From an uncultured bacterium (GTDB lineage: Bacteria > Acidobacteriota > HRBIN11 > JAKEFK01), in contig CAVZQN010000003.1 in the NCBI GenBank assembly GCA_963777505.1, positions 256,001 to 320,000 on the forward strand: a DNA stretch of 64,000 nucleotides. The letters are read 5' to 3'. The position numbers and the translations under genes are program-made. Under the pieces are notes generated by a model. The model was not told where the DNA came from. It saw only the letters and a program-made list of their open reading frames with translations, and ran no database searches. Positions 47,573-57,880 of this stretch are shown here, piece after piece; position 1 is the first letter of the stretch, and every line of letters begins with the position of its first letter.

Positions 47573-48619
47573 ATGCGAATCCTGGTAACGGGACATCAAG
47601 GTTATATCGGTTCGGTGATGGTCCCTATGCTTTTAGCAGAAGGCCATTCTGTCGTTGGTTTTGATACCGACTTTTTTAATGAGTGTACATTTGGCGACCC
47701 ACCAAAAGTAATTCCCGGTCTGAAAAAAGATATACGAGATGTCACGCGCGTTGATCTTGAAGGGTATGATGCCGTAATTCATCTTGCTGCTTTATCAAAT
47801 GATCCACTGGGAAATCTTAATCCTGAACTTACTTTCGATATTAATTGTCATGCCACGCTTCGGTTGGCCCAGGCCGCAAAAGATGCAGGCGTGCCGCGGT
47901 TTTTATTTTCATCATCCTGCAGCAACTATGGCGCGGCAGGAGATTCTCTACTAACTGAAGAAGCAGCTTTTAATCCTGTTACTCCTTACGGTGAATCGAA
48001 AGTGCTTGCAGAAAAGGGGCTACGGTTACTTGCTGATGACAGCTTCACTCCTATCTATTTGAGAAGTACCACCGCCTATGGCATTTCGCCACGCCATCGC
48101 TTCGATGTTGTTCTGAACAATTTAGTAGCATGGGCTTTAACCACAGGATTGATTTATCTGAAAAGTGATGGGTCACCATGGAGACCGATCGTTCATATAG
48201 AAGATATCAGTCGCGCATTTATTGCCATTCTTCATGCTCCACGGGAAGTAGTCCATGATCAAGCATTTAATGTAGGAATCACCTCTGAAAATTATCAGAT
48301 CCGTCAGCTTGCCGAAATTGTGAATGAAATAATACCGGAATGCCGGATCGAAGTTGCGCGAGATGCTGGCCCTGACTTACGTTCTTATCGAGTTGATTTC
48401 AGCAAAATCGCTCGCTTAATTCCATCGTTTCAGCCGCGTTGGAATGCCCGTCTTGGGACACAGCAACTTTGTGAAAGCTATCGCAAATCGGGACTTCGAC
48501 TCGAAGATTTTGAAGGTCCTCGGTACCGTAGAATTGATCGCATTCAAAATCTACTTGCAAGTCATCAACTCGATTCGGCTCTTCGATGGCGGCAGGATCA
48601 TTCAAGTATCGAATCATGA
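47573..48619 (+). CDS. NAD-dependent epimerase/dehydratase (extended SDR)
   Basis: GHQGYIG, HLAALSNDP and YGESK motifs. Confidence 0.92.
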   Translation: MRILVTGHQGYIGSVMVPMLLAEGHSVVGFDTDFFNECTFGDPPKVIPGLKKDIRDVTRVDLEGYDAVIHLAALSNDPLGNLNPELTFDINCHATLRLAQAAKDAGVPRFLFSSSCSNYGAAGDSLLTEEAAFNPVTPYGESKVLAEKGLRLLADDSFTPIYLRSTTAYGISPRHRFDVVLNNLVAWALTTGLIYLKSDGSPWRPIVHIEDISRAFIAILHAPREVVHDQAFNVGITSENYQIRQLAEIVNEIIPECRIEVARDAGPDLRSYRVDFSKIARLIPSFQPRWNARLGTQQLCESYRKSGLRLEDFEGPRYRRIDRIQNLLASHQLDSALRWRQDHSSIES

Positions 48620-49146
48620 TTTTTAGTGAAACCGAACTGAAAGGCGCATTCTTAATCGAACCTGAAAGAAAAGAGGATTATCGTGGCTTTTTTGCGCGGA
48701 CATGGTGCCAGCAAGAATTTGAAAGCCATGGCCTGAACTCGCATCTTGTTCAGTGCAGTCTCTCTTTTAATAAGAAAAAAGGAACACTTCGCGGAATGCA
48801 CTATCAAACACGCCCTTATGAAGAAGCCAAATTGGTTCGATGCACAAAAGGCGAACTTTTTGATGTGATTATCGATCTTCGTCCCAATTCTTCTACTTTT
48901 AAAAGCTATTTTTCAGTTGTTTTAAACGATGAGAATCGGATGATGTTATATATACCTGAAGGATTCGCTCATGGATTTCAAACATTAGCGGATAATACAG
49001 AAATTTTTTATCAAATGAGCCAGTTCTATTCACCGGACCACTCTGCCGGAATACGGTGGAATGATCCTGCGTTTGGAATCAAGTGGCCAAACGATACTCG
49101 TATTATTTTAGAACGGGATATGAACTATCCCGATTTTGCGTCATGA
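48616..49146 (+). CDS. rfbC: NDP-4-keto-6-deoxyhexose 3,5-epimerase
   Basis: D.RGFFAR, GTLRGMHYQ and IPEGFAHGFQTL motifs. Confidence 0.93.
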   Translation: MIFSETELKGAFLIEPERKEDYRGFFARTWCQQEFESHGLNSHLVQCSLSFNKKKGTLRGMHYQTRPYEEAKLVRCTKGELFDVIIDLRPNSSTFKSYFSVVLNDENRMMLYIPEGFAHGFQTLADNTEIFYQMSQFYSPDHSAGIRWNDPAFGIKWPNDTRIILERDMNYPDFAS

Positions 49147-50459
49147 CGGTTTCAGATTTCGCGAAAGCTGGACAAGAAATGCACCGACTGATGGCAGAGC
49201 TTTATCCAATTTGCCGCAGCATTTCGGGGGAAGGATTTCGTCAAACTCTACGGATCCTGCAAAATATGATTCCGTTAAATATCACCGAAATTCCAACGGG
49301 AACAGCAGTGTTTGATTGGACTGTGCCGCCGGAGTGGAACATTCGCGATGCATACATTAAAGATTCCAGCGGACGAAAAATCGTCGATTTTCAAAGCTCC
49401 AATCTTCACGTGATGTCGTACAGCGTTCCAACAAATCGTAAGATGACTCTTCAAGAACTGAAACCGCATTTATATAGCCTTCCAGATCATCCTGACTGGA
49501 TTCCTTACAGGACATCTTATTTCAAGGAGAATTGGGGATTTTGCATTACACATCGTCAGCTGCTGGACCTATCAGACGGCGAGTATGAAGTTGTAATCGA
49601 TTCTACTTTGACCAATGGGAGTCTTACGTATGGTGAGTGTCTTCTTCCGGGTCGAAGTAAGAAGGAAGTTCTTATCTCATCTCACGCATGTCACCCATCG
49701 CTTTGCAATGATAACTTGTCGGGGGTCGTGTTGGCCGCTCAGCTTGCTCAAACTCTGCGTGGTCATTCCCTGGAATATTCATATCGCTTTTTATTCGCTC
49801 CGGGAACAATCGGATCGATCACATGGCTTAGCCAAAATCAGAATCAAGCAAAACAAATTGTAAATGGACTGGTACTTGCGTGTGTTGGAGATTCTGGCAA
49901 TACAACATACAAAAAAAGCCGCAGGGGAAATGCGGAAATTGACAGAGCTGCCGAACATTTACTAAAACATTCGAAGAGCACTTATGATATTTTGGAATTC
50001 AGCCCATATGGTTATGATGAAAGACAGTTTTGCTCCCCTGGTTTTAATTTACCTGTGGGGTGTTTTATGAGAACTCCTTTCGCAAAATTTCCGGAATATC
50101 ATACGAGTGCTGACAATCTGGACTTCGTACGTCCTGAATTTCTCGCTGATTCGTTTGCAAAGTCTTATGGAATTATCAACATCCTGGAAAACAACAAAAC
50201 GTATATGAATTTAAGCCCTCTCTGCGAGCCGCAACTCGGCAAAAGAGGACTCTATCGCACTGTAGGCGGTGACTCTTCTGAGGATGTAAATGAGTTAGCA
50301 CTTTTGTGGGTGTTGAATCAGTCGGATGGCAGCCAATCACTTTTGGAAATCGCTGAAAAATCAGAAATACCATTTCATGATGTTGCGAAAGCCGCCAGGA
50401 GTTTGGTCAATCATTCCTTATTGAAAGATGTAGAGGCCGGACAACAGGAGCTTATATGA
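49143..50459 (+). CDS. DUF4910 / aminopeptidase-like polysaccharide biosynthesis protein
   Basis: PICRSISG, DWTVPPEW, IPYRTSY, HACHPSLCNDNLSG, YDERQFCSPG and EYHTSAD motifs, plus a C-terminal wHTH. Confidence 0.85.
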   Translation: MTVSDFAKAGQEMHRLMAELYPICRSISGEGFRQTLRILQNMIPLNITEIPTGTAVFDWTVPPEWNIRDAYIKDSSGRKIVDFQSSNLHVMSYSVPTNRKMTLQELKPHLYSLPDHPDWIPYRTSYFKENWGFCITHRQLLDLSDGEYEVVIDSTLTNGSLTYGECLLPGRSKKEVLISSHACHPSLCNDNLSGVVLAAQLAQTLRGHSLEYSYRFLFAPGTIGSITWLSQNQNQAKQIVNGLVLACVGDSGNTTYKKSRRGNAEIDRAAEHLLKHSKSTYDILEFSPYGYDERQFCSPGFNLPVGCFMRTPFAKFPEYHTSADNLDFVRPEFLADSFAKSYGIINILENNKTYMNLSPLCEPQLGKRGLYRTVGGDSSEDVNELALLWVLNQSDGSQSLLEIAEKSEIPFHDVAKAARSLVNHSLLKDVEAGQQELI

Positions 50460-51379
50460 CAGGAATTTATCATGATGCTTCAGTTAACGATGATCAAAGA
50501 AGGAATCTGATCTATCAGGGCAATTTGTTTGTTTACTCACCCACAACCGCCTCGCTAGAATTCTGTGCATTCGCGTCTGAAATGATTGCTTCTGCTTTTC
50601 ATCCATTGAGTCCTCAATCGGCTCAGGATCATATGCCAGTCGAAGAATATGCTGCATTGCTTGCCACGTTAAAACCAAAGTTTATTCATCATCCTCAATC
50701 TAAGGAGATGATTAAGCGAATTCTTATTGAATTGGAATGTGATCCATCAAAAACATACTTTGATGTTCCACGAATGCGGACATCGACCCACAGCGGATAC
50801 TTAACGTCAGGAATTTCCTATGCTTTTCATCCTCACCGTGACACATGGTATTCCGCGCCTGCGTGCCAGCTTAATTGGTGGATACCAATTTTTCAGGTTG
50901 AATCAGAAAATATTATGGCCTTTCATCCATATTATTTTGATCATCCCGTTAAGAATGGATCACGTGAATATAATTATTTTGAGTGGAACAAAGAAAGCAG
51001 AAAAGAAGCGGCAAAACATATTAAGGCGGATACGAGAAGACAGCCAAAACCCGAAGAACCCGTTAACCTGGAACCTCAAATCCGCATCGTGACACCTCCC
51101 GGTGGAATTTTGATATTTTCAGCAGCTCAACTCCATTCAACCGTTCCCAATACCACGCAAAAAACCAGATTCAGCATTGATTTCCGTACAGTAAATATCC
51201 AGGATGTTAGAAACAAAACAGGAGCACACAATGTTGATTCAGAATGTACAGGTACAACGCTTCGCGATTATCTGCGGTGTACGGATTTTGGAAAAATTCC
51301 GGAAGAAATGGTAAAACTCTATGATCCCAATGCTCCCGATGTAAATTCTGAAATACTTTCTACTGAACCTCATCATTGA
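50456..51379 (+). CDS. Conserved hypothetical protein, possible Fe(II)/2OG dioxygenase-like (PhyH-like)
   Basis: HPHRDTWY (HxD) ... LHSTVPN ... RFSIDFR pattern. Confidence 0.6.
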   Translation: MTGIYHDASVNDDQRRNLIYQGNLFVYSPTTASLEFCAFASEMIASAFHPLSPQSAQDHMPVEEYAALLATLKPKFIHHPQSKEMIKRILIELECDPSKTYFDVPRMRTSTHSGYLTSGISYAFHPHRDTWYSAPACQLNWWIPIFQVESENIMAFHPYYFDHPVKNGSREYNYFEWNKESRKEAAKHIKADTRRQPKPEEPVNLEPQIRIVTPPGGILIFSAAQLHSTVPNTTQKTRFSIDFRTVNIQDVRNKTGAHNVDSECTGTTLRDYLRCTDFGKIPEEMVKLYDPNAPDVNSEILSTEPHH

Positions 51380-51384
51380 TAAAA

Positions 51385-52668
51385 ATGGAAAATTCAACAA
51401 CGACTATTTCAAAAGGGGTCGAAAGTAGCATCCCTGAAGCTGCACCAAATTGCCGGTTTTGCGGTTCCGCGTTGAAGCATACATTGGTGGATTTGGGCAT
51501 GTCTCCACTTTGTGAAAGTTTTCTCAGTGCACAGGAGTTGAACTGTGCGGAAAAATTTTATCCATTGCACGTTTTTGTTTGCAGCGAATGCTTTTTAGTT
51601 CAACTGGAAGAATATGTTAGTCCGGAGAAAATCTTCAGCCATTACGCATACTTCTCCTCATTTTCAGAAACGTGGCTCGAACATGCGCGCCGCTATTCTG
51701 AAATGGTAATCGATCGCTTTCATCTGTCGCAGGATAGCTTCGTCATTGAAGTCGCCAGCAATGATGGATATTTACTTCAGAATTTTGTTTCCCGCGGAAT
51801 TCCTGTATTGGGAATCGAGCCTGCAATCAATGTGGCCGAAGCAGCCGTGATGAAAGGGATCTCAACTTTAAGTGCGTTCTTTTCTCAGGAAACTGCGCGA
51901 AACTTAATAGCTACCGGGAAAAAAGCTGATTTAGTCATTGGAAACAATGTACTGGCACAGGTTCCAGCGCTGAATGATTTCGTTGCGGGGCTAAAAATAA
52001 TTCTCCAACCCAGAGGAGTTGTCACACTCGAATTTCCAGATCTTTTCCAACTATTGAAGGGCAACCAGTTTGACACCATCTATCATGAACATTTTTCATA
52101 TTTTTCTTTTTATTCTGCTGAAAGGATTTTTCGGAAACATGGGCTGGAAATTTTCGATATTGAAGAATTGCCGACTCATGGAGGCTCCATTCGAATCTTT
52201 TTGCATCATATAGAAGACGATTTTCATCAAGTCTCAAAAAACGTCGATGCATTCCGCCGTCAAGAGTTGAAGGATGGCGTCAATCAGCTTGAAACGTATT
52301 CCTCTTTTGGCGAAAGAGTGCACGAAACGAAAAGGAAATTATTAGAATTCTTAATTGCGGCTAAACGTTCAGGAAAAAAAATTGCCGGTTATGGCGCACC
52401 AGGCAAGGGTAATACACTACTGAACTATTGCGGCATACGAACCGATTTTCTGGAATACACTGTCGATAAGAGTCCATTTAAACAAGGAAAGTTTTTACCG
52501 GGAACCCATATTCCGATTTTTCCTCCAGAACAAATTCTCTCGACTCGTCCGGACTACCTGTTAATTCTTCCCTGGAATTTGAAAGACGAGATAATAAAGC
52601 AGATGGCTGTGATCAGGGATTGGGGTGGAAAATTTGTTGTGCCAATACCAGAAGTGACAGTTTATTAA
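51385..52668 (+). CDS. NDP-hexose C-methyltransferase (zinc-binding, SAM-dependent)
   Basis: CRFC...CSEC, EVASNDG, FDTIYHEH, THGGS, YGAPGKG and LILPWN motifs. Confidence 0.92.
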   Translation: MENSTTTISKGVESSIPEAAPNCRFCGSALKHTLVDLGMSPLCESFLSAQELNCAEKFYPLHVFVCSECFLVQLEEYVSPEKIFSHYAYFSSFSETWLEHARRYSEMVIDRFHLSQDSFVIEVASNDGYLLQNFVSRGIPVLGIEPAINVAEAAVMKGISTLSAFFSQETARNLIATGKKADLVIGNNVLAQVPALNDFVAGLKIILQPRGVVTLEFPDLFQLLKGNQFDTIYHEHFSYFSFYSAERIFRKHGLEIFDIEELPTHGGSIRIFLHHIEDDFHQVSKNVDAFRRQELKDGVNQLETYSSFGERVHETKRKLLEFLIAAKRSGKKIAGYGAPGKGNTLLNYCGIRTDFLEYTVDKSPFKQGKFLPGTHIPIFPPEQILSTRPDYLLILPWNLKDEIIKQMAVIRDWGGKFVVPIPEVTVY

Positions 52669-52698
52669 GTTTTAACATTTGAATTAGGAGATACGCTG

Positions 52699-53475
52699 AT
52701 GAAGGTTGTCCTGTTTTGTGGGGGATTGGGAATGCGTTTGCGTGAATTTTCCGAAATCATTCCCAAGCCGATGGTGACGATTGGGTATAGGCCCATTCTG
52801 TGGCATGTAATGAAATACTACGCGCATCATGGGCATAAAGAATTCATCTTATGCCTCGGATACAAAGCCGATTTGATCAAAGACTATTTTTTGAATTACA
52901 ACGAATATCTTTCGAATGATTTCACTATGACTTCAGGAGGCAAGAGCATTGAACTTGCCAATAGTGACATCGATGATTGGAAGATTCATTTTGTCGATAC
53001 CGGACTGACTGCGAACATTGGCCAACGCTTAAAAGCCGCGGAGAAATATCTGGACGGCGACGAAGTTTTTCTCGCAAATTACACTGATAATCTTACAGAC
53101 CTTCATCTCCCTCGTTTAGTCGACTTCTTCCAACGTGAAAACAAAGTAGCAGTTTTTGTTTGCTCACGTCCAAACGTAAGTTTCCATCTAGTAACCGCAT
53201 CGGAAAACGGTCAGGTCGAGGACATTCAAGATGTGGTCAAATCCGTTTTTTGGATCAACGGCGGGTTCTTTGTCTTTAAAAAAGAAATTTTCAAATATAT
53301 CAAGCACGGTGAAGAATTGGTGATGGAGCCATTTCAGAGACTGATAAAAGAAGGTCAGCTTGCTACCATTAGATATGATGGATTTTTTGTCAGCATGGAT
53401 ACGTTTAAAGAAAAGCAGATTTTGGATGACATGTATTCCCGTGGTGAAACTCCGTGGGAAGTTTGGAAGAAGTAG
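52699..53475 (+). CDS. rfbF: Glucose-1-phosphate cytidylyltransferase
   Basis: FCGGLGMRL, PKPMV.IG.RPILWH, LCLGYK, WINGGFF and PWEVW motifs. Confidence 0.9.
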   Translation: MKVVLFCGGLGMRLREFSEIIPKPMVTIGYRPILWHVMKYYAHHGHKEFILCLGYKADLIKDYFLNYNEYLSNDFTMTSGGKSIELANSDIDDWKIHFVDTGLTANIGQRLKAAEKYLDGDEVFLANYTDNLTDLHLPRLVDFFQRENKVAVFVCSRPNVSFHLVTASENGQVEDIQDVVKSVFWINGGFFVFKKEIFKYIKHGEELVMEPFQRLIKEGQLATIRYDGFFVSMDTFKEKQILDDMYSRGETPWEVWKK

Positions 53476-53577
53476 AACTAGCCCCCCATAGTTCATTTAT
53501 AAAGAAAGTTCCTGTAGAATATCTTATTAATACACGATAAAGCATTCTAATTGTGAGAGGAGAGGATAGGAGAACCC

Positions 53578-54855
53578 TTGGCGGATCCTGTAATTCGATC
53601 TATCGGTCTATCTAAAAGATATCGGATATCGCAAGAAGATAAGGCGAAGTACGGCACTTTACGGGATAGTCTGGCGGGAGTATTTAAGAATACCTTCGCA
53701 GCTTTTAATAAACTTGGAAGTAATCACAAACGAACGAACAACAATGAAGATAATCATATTTGGGCTCTCAAAGATGTTTCGTTTGAAATTCATCCAGGAG
53801 AAGCGATCGGGCTTATTGGAGCAAATGGAGCAGGAAAAAGCACACTATTAAAAATCCTTTCTCGCATTACAGACCCGACGGAGGGCCGTGTTGAGATATA
53901 TGGAAGAGTAGGATCGCTGCTCGAAGTAGGCACAGGATTTCATCCAGAACTAACGGGGCGAGAAAATCTTTTTCTCAGTGGTGCAATTCTCGGGATGAAG
54001 AAAACCGAGATCATTGCGAAGCTCGATGAGATTATTGCTTTCTCCGGCCTGGAAAAGTTTGTAGATACACCTTTGAAATTCTACTCAAGCGGGATGTTCA
54101 TCCGGCTTGCCTTTGCGGTCGCTGCACATCTCGAACCGGATATCTTACTTGTAGACGAAGTTCTTGCTGTGGGAGATGCTGAGTTCCAGCAAAAGTGTCT
54201 CGGTAAACTGGGAGGAGTCACAAATCAGGGTAGAACAGTAATTTTTGTAAGTCACAATATGGGTGCGATTCAATCTCTATGTACCAGAGCTCTCCTGTTA
54301 CAGAACGGCAATCTTGTCGAGTCAGGAGATCCAAGGCGCGTGATAGGAGACTATTTGTCAGGAATACATTCTGAACCGATGGATAGTCTCAAATTAGACC
54401 TGGACAGCGAACATCTGACTGTCCATAGAATCACCGTCGAGCAGGACGGACATTATGAGGGCGCTCCCCTTAGAGCAGACGAGGAAACCCGCGTCCTTGT
54501 GCATTATTTCGTCAAGCAGCCACTTTCTCAGGTCGAACTCGGCTTTGATGTTATTAGCAGTAGTGACGTTCATTTGTTTCGGACGTATGATTTAGCTATT
54601 CATGGAATGGGCGTACGAAAGCCGGGCGAATATATTTCCGTACTTAGATTCCCGGCGAGATTGTTTCAATACGGAACATATTTCCTCGATTTTCTTCTTG
54701 GAGTTGTTTGGATGAAAGGATGGATTTCGAAAGGAGAGATCCGTATGAAGCTTGTATTTGAGGGAGCGAAAGTTCGAAAAGCAGACTACCCTGGTGTGAT
54801 TCAGGAGCAAGGTACTTGGGAAGTAAGGGCACTAGAATCTCAAAACAGGGTTTAG
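53578..54855 (+). CDS. wzt: Polysaccharide ABC exporter ATPase with a C-terminal (Wzt_C-like) domain
   Basis: GANGAGKS, YSSGM, LVDEVLAVGD and VSH motifs. Confidence 0.93.
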   Translation: MADPVIRSIGLSKRYRISQEDKAKYGTLRDSLAGVFKNTFAAFNKLGSNHKRTNNNEDNHIWALKDVSFEIHPGEAIGLIGANGAGKSTLLKILSRITDPTEGRVEIYGRVGSLLEVGTGFHPELTGRENLFLSGAILGMKKTEIIAKLDEIIAFSGLEKFVDTPLKFYSSGMFIRLAFAVAAHLEPDILLVDEVLAVGDAEFQQKCLGKLGGVTNQGRTVIFVSHNMGAIQSLCTRALLLQNGNLVESGDPRRVIGDYLSGIHSEPMDSLKLDLDSEHLTVHRITVEQDGHYEGAPLRADEETRVLVHYFVKQPLSQVELGFDVISSSDVHLFRTYDLAIHGMGVRKPGEYISVLRFPARLFQYGTYFLDFLLGVVWMKGWISKGEIRMKLVFEGAKVRKADYPGVIQEQGTWEVRALESQNRV

Positions 54856-54871
54856 TCTTGCAGGGGGAAAG

Positions 54872-55804
54872 ATGAGTCCGAAAGTTAGCATTGGGATGCC
54901 TGTCTACAATGCTGAAAGTTTTTTAGAAGAAGCAATTGACTCAATTCTTTCCCAAACGTTCACTGATTTTCAAGTAATTATTTCCGACAATGCCTCGACC
55001 GATTCAACTGCCGCCATCTGCCAGAAATATGTAGATCAGGATTCTCGCGTTAAATATTTCCGGAATAAAGTAAATCTGGGAATTTCAAGAAACTATCGCG
55101 CTGCCTTTGAGCGTACTTCTGAGACTCCGTATTTTAAGTGGGCTGCATATGATGACGTATTGGATCCACAATATTTGGAAAAATGTGTTTCAGCATTGGA
55201 TGAAGATCCTATGCGCGTCTGTGTGCATACTTTTCAAAAAGAAATTGACGGAGACGGAAAAGTAGCCGGACTTTTTGCGGAATTACGTTGTAGTGAATCT
55301 CCATCACCGCATATCCGTTTCGGCGAAGTTATTCATTGTTCTCCAGATTTGATCTTTGTTGGCGATTCTGTGATTCGAAGATCTGTGTTGGAACGCACAT
55401 CTCTTTTTAGAGGATATCCACGCGATGACTTTACACTCCTCGGAGAACTGGCTTTGTATGGAAAACTTTTTGTAATCCCCGAATATTTATTTTCCAGACG
55501 CTTCCATAAGGATAGAGTTTGCAATACAAGTGTCTATAACCGAATCATCGTTGAAGACCCATCGAAGGCAGGTAAACTAGTTTTGCCGGCCTGGTGTTTA
55601 TGGCGTGATTATTTTTCTCTTTCTTTTGGCGTGCCGTTAAGCCTAAAGGAACGGTTTCTTTGCTCGGTGAAGGCGCTAACCAGTGTATTTAACCAGGAAT
55701 CCTATTACCTGCTTAAGCGTGATTTAAAGTGGGCTGCAGTTCAAGTGGTCAAACACAGGCAAGAACGCGCAGTGCTCCGCGAAACCGTGAAAAGGAAATA
55801 TTAG
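54872..55804 (+). CDS. Glycosyltransferase family 2
   Basis: GMPVYN, SDNASTD and WAAYDD motifs. Confidence 0.92.
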   Translation: MSPKVSIGMPVYNAESFLEEAIDSILSQTFTDFQVIISDNASTDSTAAICQKYVDQDSRVKYFRNKVNLGISRNYRAAFERTSETPYFKWAAYDDVLDPQYLEKCVSALDEDPMRVCVHTFQKEIDGDGKVAGLFAELRCSESPSPHIRFGEVIHCSPDLIFVGDSVIRRSVLERTSLFRGYPRDDFTLLGELALYGKLFVIPEYLFSRRFHKDRVCNTSVYNRIIVEDPSKAGKLVLPAWCLWRDYFSLSFGVPLSLKERFLCSVKALTSVFNQESYYLLKRDLKWAAVQVVKHRQERAVLRETVKRKY

Positions 55805-55916
55805 ATTTATTCAGTCTGATCCAAACATTCCCTTTTTGGTTTTAGCAATTGTTAACAATCACCATTAGATAAGGTTGATCCATAGTTATTTCTTGGGTTG
55901 AAGAGAATCATTTTTA

Positions 55917-57224
55917 ATGAAATTTGAAAAATCGAAAGAACTGCGGAAAAGAATGCATCGTTTGATTCCTGGCGGTGCTCATACATATGCAAAAGGGGAT
56001 GATCAATTTCCTGAAGATTCTCCTGCTTTGATAGTTCGTGGACAAGGGTGTCGAGTTCAAGATGTTGATGGCAACGAATTTATTGAATATGGAATGGGAC
56101 TTCGTACTGTCACACTTGGCCACGCTCATCCGCGAGTTGTTGATGCTGCGTCAAAGCAGCTTCAATCAGGATGCAATTTCACGCGTCCTTCACTTTTAGA
56201 ATTAGAGTGTGCGGAAGAATTTTTAAGTTTTGTTCCGACTGCCGAAATGGTCAAGTTTTCTAAAAATGGTTCCGATGCTACTAGCGCTGCAGTCAGACTT
56301 GCTCGCGCTTACACCGGTCGCGATATGGTTGCTATTTGTGCCGAACATCCATTCTTTTCCATAAACGATTGGTTCATTGGAACGATGGAGATGAATGCAG
56401 GAATACCCGAAACGACGCGAGCGCTGACGCTGAAGTTTCATTACAATGATGCTGAATCCCTTGCTAAAATCTTTCACAAATTCGCCAATCGGATTGCTTG
56501 TGTCATGCTTGAAGCTGCCACATGGATTGAACCTAAAAACAATTTTCTTTCGGATGTCCAGACTATATGCAAAGAAAACAATGCAATATTTATCCTGGAT
56601 GAAATGATTACGGGTTTTCGATGGGATAATGGCGGTGCCCAAAAGGTCTATGGAATCACACCTGATCTTTCCTCTTTTGGAAAAGCGATGGCAAACGGAT
56701 TTGCTCTGTCGGCCCTGGCTGGAAAAAAAGAAATTATGGAACGAGGTGGGATTCAGCATGACGGTGAACGCGTTTTTGTTTTATCGACAACTCATGGCGC
56801 CGAAACTCATGCATTGGCAGCTGCAATAGAAACGATGAAAGTATATCGAGAGGAAAATGTGATTGGGACTCTATATCGTCAGGGCAGCCGTCTTTCAAAC
56901 GGAATCAATCGCATCATTTCCGAATTGGAGTTAGAAGATTATTTCCAGATTGCAGGCCGCGCATGTAACTTAATCTATATGACTCGTGATTCGAATCGTG
57001 TTCCTTCACAGGCTTTTCGTACTCTTTTTATGCAGGAAATGATCAGGCATGGATTCTTAGCGCCATCATTTGTTGTTAGTATTGCTCATACAGATGACAT
57101 TATTGATCAGACAATTGATTGTGTTGAAGAGTCCTTGCGCATTTACAAGCGCGCCCTGGAAGAGGGAATAGAAAAATATCTTACTGGCAGACCGGTAAAG
57201 CCCGTAAATCGACGTTTTAATTAG
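55917..57224 (+). CDS. HemL-like class III aminotransferase (polysaccharide-cluster type)
   Basis: DVDGNEFIEY, KNGSDATSAA, LDEMITGFR, FGKAMANG and STTHG motifs. Confidence 0.88.
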   Translation: MKFEKSKELRKRMHRLIPGGAHTYAKGDDQFPEDSPALIVRGQGCRVQDVDGNEFIEYGMGLRTVTLGHAHPRVVDAASKQLQSGCNFTRPSLLELECAEEFLSFVPTAEMVKFSKNGSDATSAAVRLARAYTGRDMVAICAEHPFFSINDWFIGTMEMNAGIPETTRALTLKFHYNDAESLAKIFHKFANRIACVMLEAATWIEPKNNFLSDVQTICKENNAIFILDEMITGFRWDNGGAQKVYGITPDLSSFGKAMANGFALSALAGKKEIMERGGIQHDGERVFVLSTTHGAETHALAAAIETMKVYREENVIGTLYRQGSRLSNGINRIISELELEDYFQIAGRACNLIYMTRDSNRVPSQAFRTLFMQEMIRHGFLAPSFVVSIAHTDDIIDQTIDCVEESLRIYKRALEEGIEKYLTGRPVKPVNRRFN

Positions 57225-57225
57225 T

Positions 57226-57870
57226 ATGTTTAAGCCTCAAATAATTGCACCTTCAAATAAACCTTTAAAGGTACTTTGTCTTGGCGCTCATTCAGACGAT
57301 ATCGAAATTGGATGTGGAGCAACTGTACTCAAACTTTCAGAAGCCATGCCGGTAGAATTTTCCTGGGTTGTTTTCAGTTCAGGTGAAGTAAGAGAAAAGG
57401 AAGCGAAAAAAAGTGCTGAACTTTTTCTCGAAAAGGCAATTTCAAAGGAAGTTATTGTAAAGGATTTTCGGAATGGTTTTTTTCCGTATATCGCAGTTGA
57501 AATTAAGGAATATTTTGAATCCCTGAAAAGTACGATTCATCCCGATCTGATTTTTACCCATTGCAACAAAGATTTGCATCAAGACCACCGTTTGATCTCA
57601 GAACTCACATGGAATACTTTTCGGAACCACTGGATCCTCGAATTTGAAATCCCCAAATATGATGGTGATTTTGGTACGCCAAATATCTTTTTTGAAATCG
57701 ACGAACAGATTGCCAGAAGAAAAGCAAACTACATAATCGAATCTTTCCCGAGTCAAAAAAGCAAACATTGGTTCACCGCTGATACATTCCTTTCCCTCCT
57801 CAGGCTCAGAGGTGTTGAATCAGCATCTCCATTCGCGGAAGCATTTTACTGCCGCAAAACAATCCTCTAG
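57226..57870 (+). CDS. PIG-L/LmbE family deacetylase
   Basis: GAHSDDIEIGCG and HQDH motifs. Confidence 0.9.
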   Translation: MFKPQIIAPSNKPLKVLCLGAHSDDIEIGCGATVLKLSEAMPVEFSWVVFSSGEVREKEAKKSAELFLEKAISKEVIVKDFRNGFFPYIAVEIKEYFESLKSTIHPDLIFTHCNKDLHQDHRLISELTWNTFRNHWILEFEIPKYDGDFGTPNIFFEIDEQIARRKANYIIESFPSQKSKHWFTADTFLSLLRLRGVESASPFAEAFYCRKTIL

Positions 57871-57880
57871 GACTTTCGAA

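Noticed and set aside
55917-57224. hemL (heme biosynthesis)
   Set aside because: It sits among polysaccharide genes with no hem genes nearby, so the symbol was withheld.
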